Positions 27,288-36,823 of a DNA stretch of 64,000 nucleotides are shown here, piece by piece (the stretch's first letter is position 1; each line of letters begins with the position of its first letter). This DNA comes from Thermoplasmata archaeon (GTDB lineage: Archaea; Thermoplasmatota; Thermoplasmata; Lutacidiplasmatales; UBA184). Location: positions 4,990-68,989 of the forward strand of contig JAKAYL010000003.1 of assembly GCA_021809545.1 (NCBI GenBank). The letters are read 5' to 3'. Made by a program: the position numbers and the translations under genes. The notes under the pieces were generated by a model. The model was not told where the DNA came from. It ran no database searches and was given only the letters and a program-made list of their open reading frames with translations.

Positions 27288-27971
27288 TCAGGCTCGAGAC
27301 CTACCAGCTATAAATGCGTGCCGCCTGTAAAACGGCTCGAGGGGGATTGGGGCATCCAACTGGAAGTGCTCCCGAAGTTCGCGCACGGCCGCTTCCAAGT
27401 GTTCCTTCGGCGTGCGGGCCCGCCCCAAGCTCGAAAGCTTGAGCGCGAGATAGAGCCTTCCCCCGGGCCTGAGGAAGAGGGAGGCGTTCCGCAGAGCGAT
27501 CTCGACCTGGTCGGGCTGCGGGATGTCCATGTAAAGGGCCCCGACCATGGGAACCAGGCCAACGTAACTCTCCGGCTCCCGGACATCTCGGAGCAGGGGG
27601 GCAAGGTTGGGCCAACGGCCCGCCGATGCAAGGAGCCGCGCAAAGGCCCGGGGGCTCTTCTCGACCGCGTAGACGATTCCCTGCGGACCCACGAGGTCCG
27701 CGACATGGCTCGCCGTCGTTCCTGTCGCAGCTCCGAGATAGAGCACATTCTCACCCGGGAGGAGGGGGGGTGCTTTCAGACCGAGGGCCAAAGCTGCCGC
27801 GAGCTTGGAGCGGGAAGGTTCTAACACTCTCCAAACGGCGCCGTCGGCTACCCGCGACCTCTCGCCAGTGATCGGAGATGGCCCTCCGAGGGATCGGGTC
27901 CAGAATAGCTGGCGCCCGCCGCGGGTCTCTGCCCGCAGCGCCGACGATGCTTCTCGACCCTTGACGGTCAT
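27288..27971 (-). CDS. flpA: fibrillarin-like rRNA/tRNA 2'-O-methyltransferase
   Basis: VLYLGAATGTTASHVADLVGPQGIVYAVE (SAM-binding motif of fibrillarin). Start at ATG 27971 (MTVKGRE...) overlaps the nop5 stop by 4 nt. Confidence 0.8.
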   Translation of the reverse strand: MTVKGREASSALRAETRGGRQLFWTRSLGGPSPITGERSRVADGAVWRVLEPSRSKLAAALALGLKAPPLLPGENVLYLGAATGTTASHVADLVGPQGIVYAVEKSPRAFARLLASAGRWPNLAPLLRDVREPESYVGLVPMVGALYMDIPQPDQVEIALRNASLFLRPGGRLYLALKLSSLGRARTPKEHLEAAVRELREHFQLDAPIPLEPFYRRHAFIAGRSRA

Positions 27972-28894
27972 CGCTCGTTCCCTCGTCGGTCCTTTTGACG
28001 CAAGAGTTCGCGGATGCGCCCTTCCTTCTTCTGCAACAGCCACTCAATCCGGTCCTGGTGAGTAAGCAAGTCCGCCCGGATGGCCACTGCAGCAAGCCCC
28101 CCGAGGGTGCGGGCCAAGGCACCCCGGCGGTCGGCCGGGACCCGTTCCATGCCGTCCGCAAGATATATGAGGCCGTGCCGGGGATTCCGTCCCGGGGAGC
28201 GGCGCCGCGCCCCGATCAACTGTATCCGAGAGGGAGTGAGCTTTCCTAGCTGGAGCACGGAGGTTGCCTCCGTAAGGAGCCGGGCGGCCGTCCGGTAGCC
28301 CAGAAGGGTGCTGAGCGAAGGGAGCAGTTTCCGTGTCACCCCCTCAAGGGATTTCTCGGCCTCTCCCAGGGTCTGCGAGATCTCCTTCCGGAAGGAAGTC
28401 GACCGGGCCAGGTGCGCGGCGATGGGAGTGCCCTCCCCAGAGGAAAGGGCAAGGTACGACGCGAACTCCTCCTCGCGGCGCCGCAGCCGTTCCAGACGAT
28501 CACATTCGCGAGAGAGCGCGGTGATCTGTTCCTCCGGGCTTGCAAAGCGTTCTCTCAGCTCGGCGGAGGCCAAGGCCACAAGCGCCCTGGGAGGGAGAGG
28601 GTAGAAAACTCGCTCGCGGATCTTGCGCAGGATGGTTTCGGAGAGGGGGAGCACTTGGATGTGCGCGCGCTCCAGCAGCTTTCGCGAGAGCGGATCCCCG
28701 GCTCCCACCTTGTCAAGATGCTTCTCGCCAAAGCTTGCGCGGGTCCAATCGACCAGTCCCGCCGAGGCCCGGGCCGAGAGCGTCTCCCGAAGAGCTTCCT
28801 CCCCCTTGGGAAGGTCGCAGAAGTCGATCTCCTTGAGCCCGGGGCCAAGATGGACCACCCTGCGGCCGAGATGGAGAAGGTAGTGAGACTCCAT
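27968..28894 (-). CDS. nop5: C/D box sRNP protein Nop5 (Nop56/58 homolog)
   Basis: 308 aa immediately upstream of flpA with a 4-nt overlap, the conserved archaeal nop5-flpA pair. Coiled-coil-rich, with a C-terminal Nop domain-like region (..GARRRSPGRNPRHGLIYLA..). Confidence 0.65.
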   Translation of the reverse strand: MESHYLLHLGRRVVHLGPGLKEIDFCDLPKGEEALRETLSARASAGLVDWTRASFGEKHLDKVGAGDPLSRKLLERAHIQVLPLSETILRKIRERVFYPLPPRALVALASAELRERFASPEEQITALSRECDRLERLRRREEEFASYLALSSGEGTPIAAHLARSTSFRKEISQTLGEAEKSLEGVTRKLLPSLSTLLGYRTAARLLTEATSVLQLGKLTPSRIQLIGARRRSPGRNPRHGLIYLADGMERVPADRRGALARTLGGLAAVAIRADLLTHQDRIEWLLQKKEGRIRELLRQKDRRGNER

Positions 28895-28946
28895 CTTCGG
28901 CCGGACAGGGGGTGCGGGACCGCTCGTAACCCGACCGCTCAGGTCC

Positions 28947-29480
28947 TCATTCGAGCACTTCGCGCAGGACCTCGTCCGCCTGGCGGCGGAGATCCTGCAC
29001 GGCGCCTTCGTTGACGATCATGTGGTCGGCCATCGCGAGGGCGTTGCCGATCCCGAACTTGAGTTCCCGCCGGTCCCTCTCGTAGAAGGCCTCGAAGCTC
29101 ATGGAATCGTCCCCCCGGGCGCGGCGGGAGAGTCGTTCGAACCGGGTCTCAGGTGAGGAATGGATCCCGATGAGAACCAGGTCGCCAAAGTGGTGCCGGA
29201 GGAGATCGAGCTCGTCGTTGCTTCGGCACCCGTCGATGAGGGTCTTCGTCTCCGTGACGAGAGGGATCACCCTCTTGGCCCAGATGGAGGCACCGTGCTT
29301 CTCGCGTTCCTCGTTGGCGATCCGGCCGAGGTTCTGGTCGTTGAGTTGCAGCTTGCGCCGCTGGGCCTCGGATCGCACCAGGTCCCCCATCTTGATGACA
29401 TGAAACCCGAGGCTCTTCGCCACGTTGACCAGTTCGTCCTTCCCCGACCCGGGCATGCCGACGGTGACGGCAAGCTTCAT
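28947..29480 (-). CDS. P-loop nucleotide kinase, archaeal UPF0200-like (adenylate/dCMP-kinase-like fold)
   Basis: MKLAVTVGMPGSGKDELVNVAKSLGFHVIKMGDLVR, a P-loop at the extreme N-terminus. The UPF0200 assignment is by recall. Confidence 0.45.
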   Translation of the reverse strand: MKLAVTVGMPGSGKDELVNVAKSLGFHVIKMGDLVRSEAQRRKLQLNDQNLGRIANEEREKHGASIWAKRVIPLVTETKTLIDGCRSNDELDLLRHHFGDLVLIGIHSSPETRFERLSRRARGDDSMSFEAFYERDRRELKFGIGNALAMADHMIVNEGAVQDLRRQADEVLREVLE

Positions 29481-30073
29481 TGTCGTCCGACCTGCTGTTT
29501 GCTCGAACCCGCCTGGGAGACGTCCTCTTCCGTGGCCTGTTGGAGCCGGTCCGCCCGAGAATTGTAGTTCTGGTACTCGATATCATAGACCTTGGCCTTC
29601 TCCTCGAACATGTCCGCCGTGACCTTCTTCTGGGAGGAGACGGCGAGATAGTGCTGTCCCTTGGCGTCGTAAAGGGCCGCCTTCCTCTGGTACTTGGCGA
29701 TCTTCTCCTGATACTTGCGGATCTTCAGGTGGAGCTTTGACTGGTCCCGGGGGCGCGTCCCCCCGCTGCTCACAGCCTGGGCTCCCATCTTCAGCTCGTC
29801 CTCGAGCTCCTTCATCTTATCAACGAAGAGGCTGACCTTCTGGCGGGTCGTCGATGCCTTCTCCTTCATGATCGTGGCCTTGTGCTTGTAGCTCTCCATC
29901 GAGGTGAGGTACTTCGAAGATTTGTGCCTCAGCTTCATGGCCTGATGAGAACTCTTCTGCGCGAGCTCTCGCAGCTTTGCAATGTCCGCATATTCTTGGC
30001 TGAAGAACCGTACCCGCGTCTCGGGCATGGATCCAGGGATTCCGGCGCCCGACGGTGGTGGGTTGCCGCTCAT
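29477..30073 (-). CDS. hypothetical lysine-rich coiled-coil protein
   Basis: 198 aa, K/E-rich helical. 4-nt overlap with the downstream kinase gene. TATA-like TTTTAAGG about 25 nt upstream of the ATG. Confidence 0.35.
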   Translation of the reverse strand: MSGNPPPSGAGIPGSMPETRVRFFSQEYADIAKLRELAQKSSHQAMKLRHKSSKYLTSMESYKHKATIMKEKASTTRQKVSLFVDKMKELEDELKMGAQAVSSGGTRPRDQSKLHLKIRKYQEKIAKYQRKAALYDAKGQHYLAVSSQKKVTADMFEEKAKVYDIEYQNYNSRADRLQQATEEDVSQAGSSKQQVGRQ

Positions 30074-30308
30074 AGTTAGTCTCCTATACCCCCCACCTTA
30101 AAAACATGATGGGGAGAGAGGAGCCAGAAGGCTGGCTCGCGCAAGGGTACCTCTCGGGCTACGCGAGAACGGAGACCCCCCCCGAGATCAGGCCATGGAT
30201 GTGGGAACCCGTACCGGGATAGTACCCCTGCGGGCATGTACCCACCGAAGTAATGAATCCGCTGGGCTCACACCTTCGAGAGATACGGTTTCATGAGGAG
30301 ATCCTTCT

Positions 30309-30818
30309 ATGCCTGAGCACCGTTGGGTCCTTGTGCGCCATGCCCCGGCGATGCCCAGAGACCCTGCCCGTTGGCCCGGGGACCGGGACCGCCCGATCCG
30401 CCCCAGCGGAAAGATCGAGTTTGAAGAGGCAGCCGAGGGACTGGCTCCCCTGCTTGGAGACAAAGGGACCCTGGTAACGAGCCCTCTCACCCGGGCCCGG
30501 GAAACCTCCACCATTGTCTCACGCTGGTGGAAGAACGGAGGGGATCCAAGGATATGGCCGGAACTGGAGCCGGAGGTTGCGCCGAGTGCCCTCTTCGATC
30601 GGGCGCGGGCTTTCCGAGGCTCGGGGGACCTTGTCCTTGTCGGCCATGAGCCGCTCTTGTCCAGCTTCGCAGGCTATTGCATCATGGGCGAGGGGCTTTC
30701 CATCCTTAAACTGTCCAAGGGAGGCGCCGTGGCCTTGGAATTTCCCGGGAAAGTGCGGCCGGGAGCGGCGCGGATATTGTGGGCCCTGACCCGGAACCAA
30801 CTGCGCGAGATGCGGTAA
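30309..30818 (+). CDS. histidine phosphatase superfamily protein (SixA-like)
   Basis: WVLVRHAPA (RHG-type motif variant), ..LVTSPLTRARETS.. and ..LVGHEPLLS.. match the phosphoglycerate-mutase/SixA branch. Confidence 0.5.
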   Translation: MPEHRWVLVRHAPAMPRDPARWPGDRDRPIRPSGKIEFEEAAEGLAPLLGDKGTLVTSPLTRARETSTIVSRWWKNGGDPRIWPELEPEVAPSALFDRARAFRGSGDLVLVGHEPLLSSFAGYCIMGEGLSILKLSKGGAVALEFPGKVRPGAARILWALTRNQLREMR

Positions 30819-31233
30819 GGTTTCCCTCCTGAGCTGAGCGCCGCAAGGATTCGGCACTGCCCGTTGCCAACAGGAAAAGGTTGTCGGACTTTTTCCCCGC
30901 TCCCTTTGCTCTGAGTCCACGAGCCACGGGGGACAGGCAGGGTCCGGCAACAGGCTAGAGGCTGTCGAAGGGCAGGTTCTGCCACGTTGGGGAGCGGGAA
31001 GCTGAGAGGGAGGGGTTGACCTTCCAGTACCCGTTGTCGCTCTCGTTCCACCCTAGAGCGAGAGAGTGGGTAAGCTGGGCATGTTGCTTAAGAATCCTTA
31101 CGTGCTCTCCGTTCCCGTGGAGAGTTCGTGCGCCATCCCCCTACCGTGTTACTCCAGTTCGTGGAATTCTGACGGTTTTCAGGCGCATGCTTCATCCACC
31201 TTGATTGGTTCTGGGCGAGGTTCGGATGGGCGG

Positions 31234-32919
31234 ATGTTACGGGGCGTGGATAGACTTGGCGTGTCGTCCGAAGGGGAGTCCCGCCCCCCTTTGCCCCCGT
31301 CCACGGGAGGAGGATTCGTCGCACCAGGGCTTGGCTTGGGTCCCCGGATTGGAACCTCGAAGCCCGGGCTCCCCCCGGTCCGTGGGCGGAGCGCCGCCCG
31401 CCGCACTTCTCGACCTTGGATCGACCGCCCCTTCGCCGTGATAGACCTGGGATCGAATTCTGCCCGACTTGTGATTTATCGGAGTGCGCCGGTCGGCCCC
31501 CCGTGGAGCATCCACGAGAACAAAGAGTATCCCCGGTTGGTGAACGAGCTCGGGGACGATGGCTATCTTACCCGGAAGGCCCGCCACAGCGGCGGAGCGG
31601 CGATGCTGGAGTTCCAGCGCTTGCTCAAGCTCTATGGTGTGACCGAGGTTCACGCCGTGGCGACGAGTGCGGTCCGCGAGGCGCGGAACGGGCCGGAGTT
31701 CGCTGAGGAGATCCAACGTCGCTGCGGATTCCCCTTGCGGATACTCACCTCCGATGAGGAGGCGCGGTATGCGTACCTCGGGGTGGCGAGTGCGCTCCCC
31801 TTGGAGAAGGACCTCATCATGGACCTGGGAGGAGGCTCTCTCCAAGCCATGGCGGTCCGAAATGGGCGACTGCAGGAGACCCTCTCTCTTCCGCTAGGCG
31901 TGGTCCGGCTACATCGGAAGTTCCTCAAGCACGATCCCCCCAAGCCCAAGGAGCTCGAGGCACTGGAAGATCATGTGGACAAGGGCCTTCGCTCCCTCGG
32001 CCGCCTCAAGGCGGGAAGGGGGGAGAGGATCATCGGTGTGGGGGGCACCACCCGGAGTCTCGCCCGTGCCTTGCAGGCGGTGCGGGAGTACCCCATCGCG
32101 CGGGTGCACGGGTACACCCTACGGACCCGCGATCTGGAACGCCTGTATTCGGTCCTTTCGGAGAGTTCGACGGAGGTACGTCGGGAGATGCCGGGGATTT
32201 CCTCCACACGAGCGGACATCATCGTCGCAGGTTTGGCGGTCGTGCTCGGTGTGCTCCACCGTAGGGACGCGGACAGCCTCACGGTCTCGGGGTGCGGCAT
32301 TCGCGAGGGTATTGCCCAAGAGGTGTTGGATCGGACTCTGCCAGCCACCACCTCCGACATGGCCCAAGGTAGTGCGCTCGCAACGCTCTGGGCGCTCGGG
32401 ATGGATGCGGGCCACGCACGTCGGGTGCGCGAGATCGCCCTCAACTGCTTTGACACCACCGTGAGATTTCACCACCTCGAAGAAGAAGAGCGGCTTGCCC
32501 TCGAGGTCGCCGCTCTCCTGCACGATGTCGGCATCACGCTCTCCTACCCGGACCACGCCACCCATTCTGCCTACTTCCTACGGAACCGGCCGCTCTACGG
32601 CCTGACCCACCGGGGATTCCTGCTCGCTTCCCTCGCGGCCGGGATGCATGAGGGGGACTATCTCTCGGACAATGTGGCGAAGCGGCACCCCTTGATCGCC
32701 AGCCGGGACGATCTCGAGGTGGCGCGGATCCTCGGGGGTATGCTGGCCCTGGCCGAGTCGATCGGCGATTCCCATCCCCGTCCCCGTCTTTCCCTGCGGG
32801 AGGCCCGCCTCAGGGTCGAGGTATCTCCGGGCACTCCGGTCGACTCGCGCCTCCTTCACAGGGCCGGGCGCTGGCTCAAACGATCCCTGGAGGTGACCCT
32901 CGATGCTCGAGAACGATAG
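31234..32919 (+). CDS. ppx: Ppx/GppA-family exopolyphosphatase / guanosine pentaphosphate phosphohydrolase with C-terminal HD domain
   Basis: AVIDLGSNSARLVIY (ASKHA phosphate-1 motif), ..DLGGGSLQ.., and a C-terminal HD-domain region (ALLHDVGITLSYPDHATHSAY). The start is uncertain: the listed ORF begins at GTG 31066, ATG 31234 is used here, and GTG 31438 (MIDLGSNS) is also possible. The upstream extension is P/G/R-rich and unsupported. Confidence 0.7.
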   Translation: MLRGVDRLGVSSEGESRPPLPPSTGGGFVAPGLGLGPRIGTSKPGLPPVRGRSAARRTSRPWIDRPFAVIDLGSNSARLVIYRSAPVGPPWSIHENKEYPRLVNELGDDGYLTRKARHSGGAAMLEFQRLLKLYGVTEVHAVATSAVREARNGPEFAEEIQRRCGFPLRILTSDEEARYAYLGVASALPLEKDLIMDLGGGSLQAMAVRNGRLQETLSLPLGVVRLHRKFLKHDPPKPKELEALEDHVDKGLRSLGRLKAGRGERIIGVGGTTRSLARALQAVREYPIARVHGYTLRTRDLERLYSVLSESSTEVRREMPGISSTRADIIVAGLAVVLGVLHRRDADSLTVSGCGIREGIAQEVLDRTLPATTSDMAQGSALATLWALGMDAGHARRVREIALNCFDTTVRFHHLEEEERLALEVAALLHDVGITLSYPDHATHSAYFLRNRPLYGLTHRGFLLASLAAGMHEGDYLSDNVAKRHPLIASRDDLEVARILGGMLALAESIGDSHPRPRLSLREARLRVEVSPGTPVDSRLLHRAGRWLKRSLEVTLDARER

Positions 32920-33631
32920 TCCCCCGACGTTGACGGAGTCCCCGACCCTCCACCACAGTCCCCAGCGGGGGAAGTTGATCGTGTTCGAGGGGCTGGACGG
33001 AAGCGGGAAATCGACTCAAGCCCGGTTACTACTGAAGTACCTCTCCTCCCGAGGATACCGGGTCTTCTTCACCGAGTGGAACTCCTCGGAATTGGTTTCC
33101 GACATCATCCGGAGGGGGAAGCGGAAGAACCTGTTGACGCCCACTACATTCTCTCTCCTTCACGCGACCGATTTCGCGGACCGTTTTGAGCGACATATCC
33201 TGCCTCCGCTGCGCGCAGGCTACCTGGTCATCTGTGACCGGTACGTCTACACCGCCTATGCCCGCGACGTGGCCCGAGGATGCGATGCGGACTGGGTTCG
33301 GAATCTCTACTCCTTCGCGGGGGCCCCGGACAAGACCTTCTATTTCAAGGTCCGCGTGGAGACGGCCCACCGGCGGAAGGTAACTTCCCGGATGAAGATC
33401 AAGCATTACGAAGCCGGGATGGACCTCGGGCTCTCTTCGGACATCACGGAGAGCTACCTGCGATTCCAGGGGCTGCTCAAGCGACAGTATGACATGCTGG
33501 CCCGCAAAGAGAATTTCACGGTCCTCGATGCTGAGGGAGATATCGAGTCCCTTCAGAAGCAGGTCCGGACGGCGGTCCGGCCCTTGCTCGAGGGATTCCC
33601 GAAAGAGGAGGTGTTGCTCCATGGTGACTAG
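32903..33631 (+). CDS. tmk: thymidylate kinase family protein
   Basis: KLIVFEGLDGSGKSTQ P-loop and DRY motif (ICDRYVYTAYARD). SD-like GGAGGTGA lies 8 nt upstream. 17-nt overlap with the ppx end. Confidence 0.65.
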   Translation: MLENDSPPTLTESPTLHHSPQRGKLIVFEGLDGSGKSTQARLLLKYLSSRGYRVFFTEWNSSELVSDIIRRGKRKNLLTPTTFSLLHATDFADRFERHILPPLRAGYLVICDRYVYTAYARDVARGCDADWVRNLYSFAGAPDKTFYFKVRVETAHRRKVTSRMKIKHYEAGMDLGLSSDITESYLRFQGLLKRQYDMLARKENFTVLDAEGDIESLQKQVRTAVRPLLEGFPKEEVLLHGD

Positions 33632-34391
33632 TCGGCGGCCCCGGCGGCAGATTTCCCTTCGCCAAAGGGAAGGCAGAACGCGACCTGTCTTCACGACCTA
33701 CGGGACGCAGGTCCCGGGAGTGGACCTCAGTGAGCTCCATGGGTACCTCATCGTCATCGAGGGGGCCGACGGCTCAGGCCGGACGACTGAGTGCCAGATG
33801 CTCAAGGACTATCTCGAGGTCCAGGGGCGTGCGGTCCTCGAGACGGGACTCCGTCGTTCCAGCCTGGTCTCCGAACAGATCGACGAAGCGAAACGGGGTA
33901 ACGTCCTGGGATCTACCACGATGTCCCTGATCTACACGGTGGACTTCGCAGACCAGTTGGAGAACAAGATCATCCCTGCCCTCGCCGCAGGCCACGTGGT
34001 GCTGGCCGACCGCTACATCTTTACCCTCATGGCCCGGGCCATCGTACGCGGGGCGAGCCGGGAATGGGCCGAGCATCTCTACGAGTTTGCCCTCCGTCCC
34101 AACCTTACCATCTTCCTGGACACCCGTCCGGAAATCCTCCTACACCGGGTCTTCAGCCGTTACCAGTCGCTGGACTACTGGGAGTCCGGCATGGACATCG
34201 GACTCTCCCGGGACCGTTTCGAGAGCTTCTACCGCTACCAAGACCTCCTCAAGACCGAGTTCCATTGGATGTCCAAGAAGTTCGACTTCGTCACCGTCAA
34301 CGCGAACCGCTCTCCGGAAGAAGTGCACCGCGATGTCCGCGCCTGCGTACAGGGGCTCTTCGGAGGGACGCGGATCGAATCCTTCCGCTGA
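33621..34391 (+). CDS. thymidylate kinase-like paralog
   Basis: GYLIVIEGADGSGRTTE P-loop and ADRYIFTLMARA DRY-like motif. Start ATG 33621 overlaps the preceding tmk stop by 11 nt; the listed ORF start at 33489 lies inside tmk. Confidence 0.55.
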   Translation: MVTSRRPRRQISLRQREGRTRPVFTTYGTQVPGVDLSELHGYLIVIEGADGSGRTTECQMLKDYLEVQGRAVLETGLRRSSLVSEQIDEAKRGNVLGSTTMSLIYTVDFADQLENKIIPALAAGHVVLADRYIFTLMARAIVRGASREWAEHLYEFALRPNLTIFLDTRPEILLHRVFSRYQSLDYWESGMDIGLSRDRFESFYRYQDLLKTEFHWMSKKFDFVTVNANRSPEEVHRDVRACVQGLFGGTRIESFR

Positions 34392-34403
34392 GGGTCTCGA
34401 ACC

Positions 34404-35249
34404 ATGGGTTCTGTCTCAGCGCTCCCCCCCCTGGAGATGGGAGCACTGGAGCCTCAGTTCTTTCTCTCAAGTGCCCTCGCGCGCTATGCCCTGGTCCGGA
34501 AAGCGCTCGGCTGCGCGAGTTCCGCCCCTTCTCTCTCCCCTGGATTCTTCCATGACCTCCACCGGGATCTTCGCCGTTCTCGGATCGACCTCCGTCTCCT
34601 CCGTCGCGTCGAACCCGTGAAGTACGGTTCTCCGCTGAAGCAGATCGATCGAACTCTCTCAGGGTTGGCGAACCGAGCCGGCGCCGTCCGGGATCGCGAT
34701 GTGATGCGGGCCCGGCTCGAAGGCCTTGTGGCCGGGGCCAACCCGGCCCTGCGGGAAGGGACTGGCCCGCTCCTTACGAGGCTCCGCACTGAGGGAAGGG
34801 ATTCCCGTGCTGTGTTTCGAGAACTAGCGGAGGATGCGCTCCGGACTCTGCCGGAATCGCTCCCCCCGGCCCCCCGGATGTCCCTGCGTCCCTCGAGGTT
34901 CCAGCGGTTGGTGTATCCCGACCTAGAAGCGGCACGGGAGGTACTGCTGGCGGCAGCGAAGAGCGCCACCCGCCATCCCTCGGTGCGGCGATTGCACCGA
35001 CTTCGGATCGCACTCCGCGGTTTCCGACAACTCCGTTCCTGCCTCTTCCCAGCGGACGGAGGGCAGGATCTGCCCCCCCCGTGGCCCTCGCTCCAGCGTG
35101 CCCTGGGCGTCCATCACGACCTGGGCGTGCTCGAAGAGTGGCTTCGCGACCAGGACAAGCACCATCACTTCCGAAAAGTGATCCACAGGACGCGGACGGT
35201 CCGGGAGCGGAAAGAGCGAGAGGTCCTGCGCCTCCTTCAGGGTCTCTGA
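34404..35249 (+). CDS. CHAD domain-containing protein
   Basis: Repeated His/Arg-rich helices typical of CHAD: FFHDLHRDLRRSRIDLRLLRRV, VRRLHRLRIALRGFRQL, LQRALGVHHDLGVLEEWL. 12 nt downstream of the second tmk-like gene. Confidence 0.5.
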   Translation: MGSVSALPPLEMGALEPQFFLSSALARYALVRKALGCASSAPSLSPGFFHDLHRDLRRSRIDLRLLRRVEPVKYGSPLKQIDRTLSGLANRAGAVRDRDVMRARLEGLVAGANPALREGTGPLLTRLRTEGRDSRAVFRELAEDALRTLPESLPPAPRMSLRPSRFQRLVYPDLEAAREVLLAAAKSATRHPSVRRLHRLRIALRGFRQLRSCLFPADGGQDLPPPWPSLQRALGVHHDLGVLEEWLRDQDKHHHFRKVIHRTRTVRERKEREVLRLLQGL

Positions 35250-35266
35250 GGATCCCGTTTCCGCTC

Positions 35267-36769
35267 TCAGTTCCGGACTTCGGAATGCGGGGTGGGGAAC
35301 AGGGACGCCTTTCGGAGTGCGACCGCCAATTCCTCGACCGTGACCCGGCGCTGAGCCTTCGAATCCCGTTCTCTCAGTGTGTAGGTCTGGTTCGTGAGGC
35401 TGTCCCGGTCGACGGTGATGGCAAACGGGGTCCCTATCTCGTCCAGTCGGGCGTACCTGCGGCCGATCGAGCCTGAATCATCCAACACGACGTGGAACCC
35501 TTCCGCCACGAGCCTACGGTGCAGGCGAAGTGCGTCCTCCCCGTGTTCCTTCGGGATGAGCGGCAGAATGCCCGCCAGTTTCGGAGCAAGGTAGGGAGGT
35601 AGCGACCAGACCGTGCGGTCCCCGTCCTTCTTCATGAGGAGGTCCGCAAGGGCCCAGAGGTTCCGGTCGACACCGAACGTGAGCTCGAGGACGTGGGGGA
35701 GTATGTGCCGCCCGTTCTCCAGGGTCACCCCAAGGTCGGTCTTCGAGCCCTCGGAATGCTTGGTGAGATCGTAGTCCCCGCGGTAATGGACGGCCCCCAG
35801 CTCTTTGAAACCCCCCAAGGAGTCCAGGTGGGCCTCGAAGTCGTACTGGATACGGTTGTAGAAGGCCCGCTCCTTCTCGTTCTTCTCGAAGAGGCGCAGC
35901 CGTGCCTCGGGATACCCTAGGACGTCCCGGTAGCAACGGTAGGTCTGCATCAGGTGGTAGGCGTAGAACTCGGGCATTTGGCCCTGCGCCACGAGATCCG
36001 AGAGCTTCTGGAGGGTGGCCTCCTTCGCGCCTTTCTCCCGGTCCCGGGCCGTCAGGGCGGGGACACTGAAATCCGGGGGCACCCTCCAGCTATCGGGCAG
36101 GCCCTCGGGATCGAAGAAGATCTGGAGCTCGGCCTGGGTGAAGGCCCGCATCCGGAAGAGGACCTGCCGGGGGGCGATCTCGTTCCGGTACGCTTTCCCG
36201 ACGACCGCGACGCCGAGGGGGAGTTTCTTCCGCATGGCGTTCCACATCCGCGGGAAGGCGAGGTAGCTGCTCTGGGCCGTCTCGGGGCGCAGATAGGCCC
36301 TTTCTTCCGACTGGGCGCCCCAGTCGAACCCGAACATGAGATTGAAGGCCTTCGGCGGTGTGAATTCCGCCTTGCCGCACCGAGGACACCGGATCTTGAG
36401 CTCGACCAAGCGCTTCTGGAGCTCTTCCCCACGAAGCGCCTCGGCGTCCTGGACCCCTCGGGCCTCCAGAAGGGTATCGGCCCGGTATTCCTCACCGCAG
36501 GCGTTGCACTTGACCAGGGGATCCGCAAAATTGGCCAGATGACCCGAGGCCCGGACCACGGCCTCAGGAAGGATCTCCGCGGGTTCGATCCGATAATACC
36601 CGGGGGAGAGCCCCACGAACCATCGTTCCCAGGCGGCCTCGAGGTTCCGCTTGATGGAGGACCCGGCCTCGCCGTAGTCGTAGAGTCCCTGGATCCCCCC
36701 GTAGATCTCCGCAGTGGGCCAGAGCACCCCTCTCCTCAGGAACGTCGACATCAAGGCTTCGCTTTCCAT
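35267..36769 (-). CDS. glyS: glycine--tRNA ligase (archaeal/eukaryotic alpha2 type)
   Basis: FLRRGVLWPTAEIYGGIQGLYDYGEAGSSIKRNLEAAWERWF (class II motif 1 region characteristic of GlyRS), motif 2/3 region, and a C-terminal anticodon-binding domain. Confidence 0.8.
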   Translation of the reverse strand: MESEALMSTFLRRGVLWPTAEIYGGIQGLYDYGEAGSSIKRNLEAAWERWFVGLSPGYYRIEPAEILPEAVVRASGHLANFADPLVKCNACGEEYRADTLLEARGVQDAEALRGEELQKRLVELKIRCPRCGKAEFTPPKAFNLMFGFDWGAQSEERAYLRPETAQSSYLAFPRMWNAMRKKLPLGVAVVGKAYRNEIAPRQVLFRMRAFTQAELQIFFDPEGLPDSWRVPPDFSVPALTARDREKGAKEATLQKLSDLVAQGQMPEFYAYHLMQTYRCYRDVLGYPEARLRLFEKNEKERAFYNRIQYDFEAHLDSLGGFKELGAVHYRGDYDLTKHSEGSKTDLGVTLENGRHILPHVLELTFGVDRNLWALADLLMKKDGDRTVWSLPPYLAPKLAGILPLIPKEHGEDALRLHRRLVAEGFHVVLDDSGSIGRRYARLDEIGTPFAITVDRDSLTNQTYTLRERDSKAQRRVTVEELAVALRKASLFPTPHSEVRN

Positions 36770-36823
36770 GGAGGGGTCGGAAGGACAACAGTAAAATAGC
36801 TCTTTGGTAACAGTGCAGGAGGT

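Noticed and set aside
30915-30950. CAGGGTCCGGCAACAGGCTAGAGG resembling the SRP RNA helix-8 consensus (CAGGYCCGGAAGGRAGCAGC)
   Set aside because: The conserved GGAA/AGCA asymmetric-loop nucleotides are not present and no flanking SRP RNA helices could be traced by eye. Left as part of the unexplained non-coding stretch instead.
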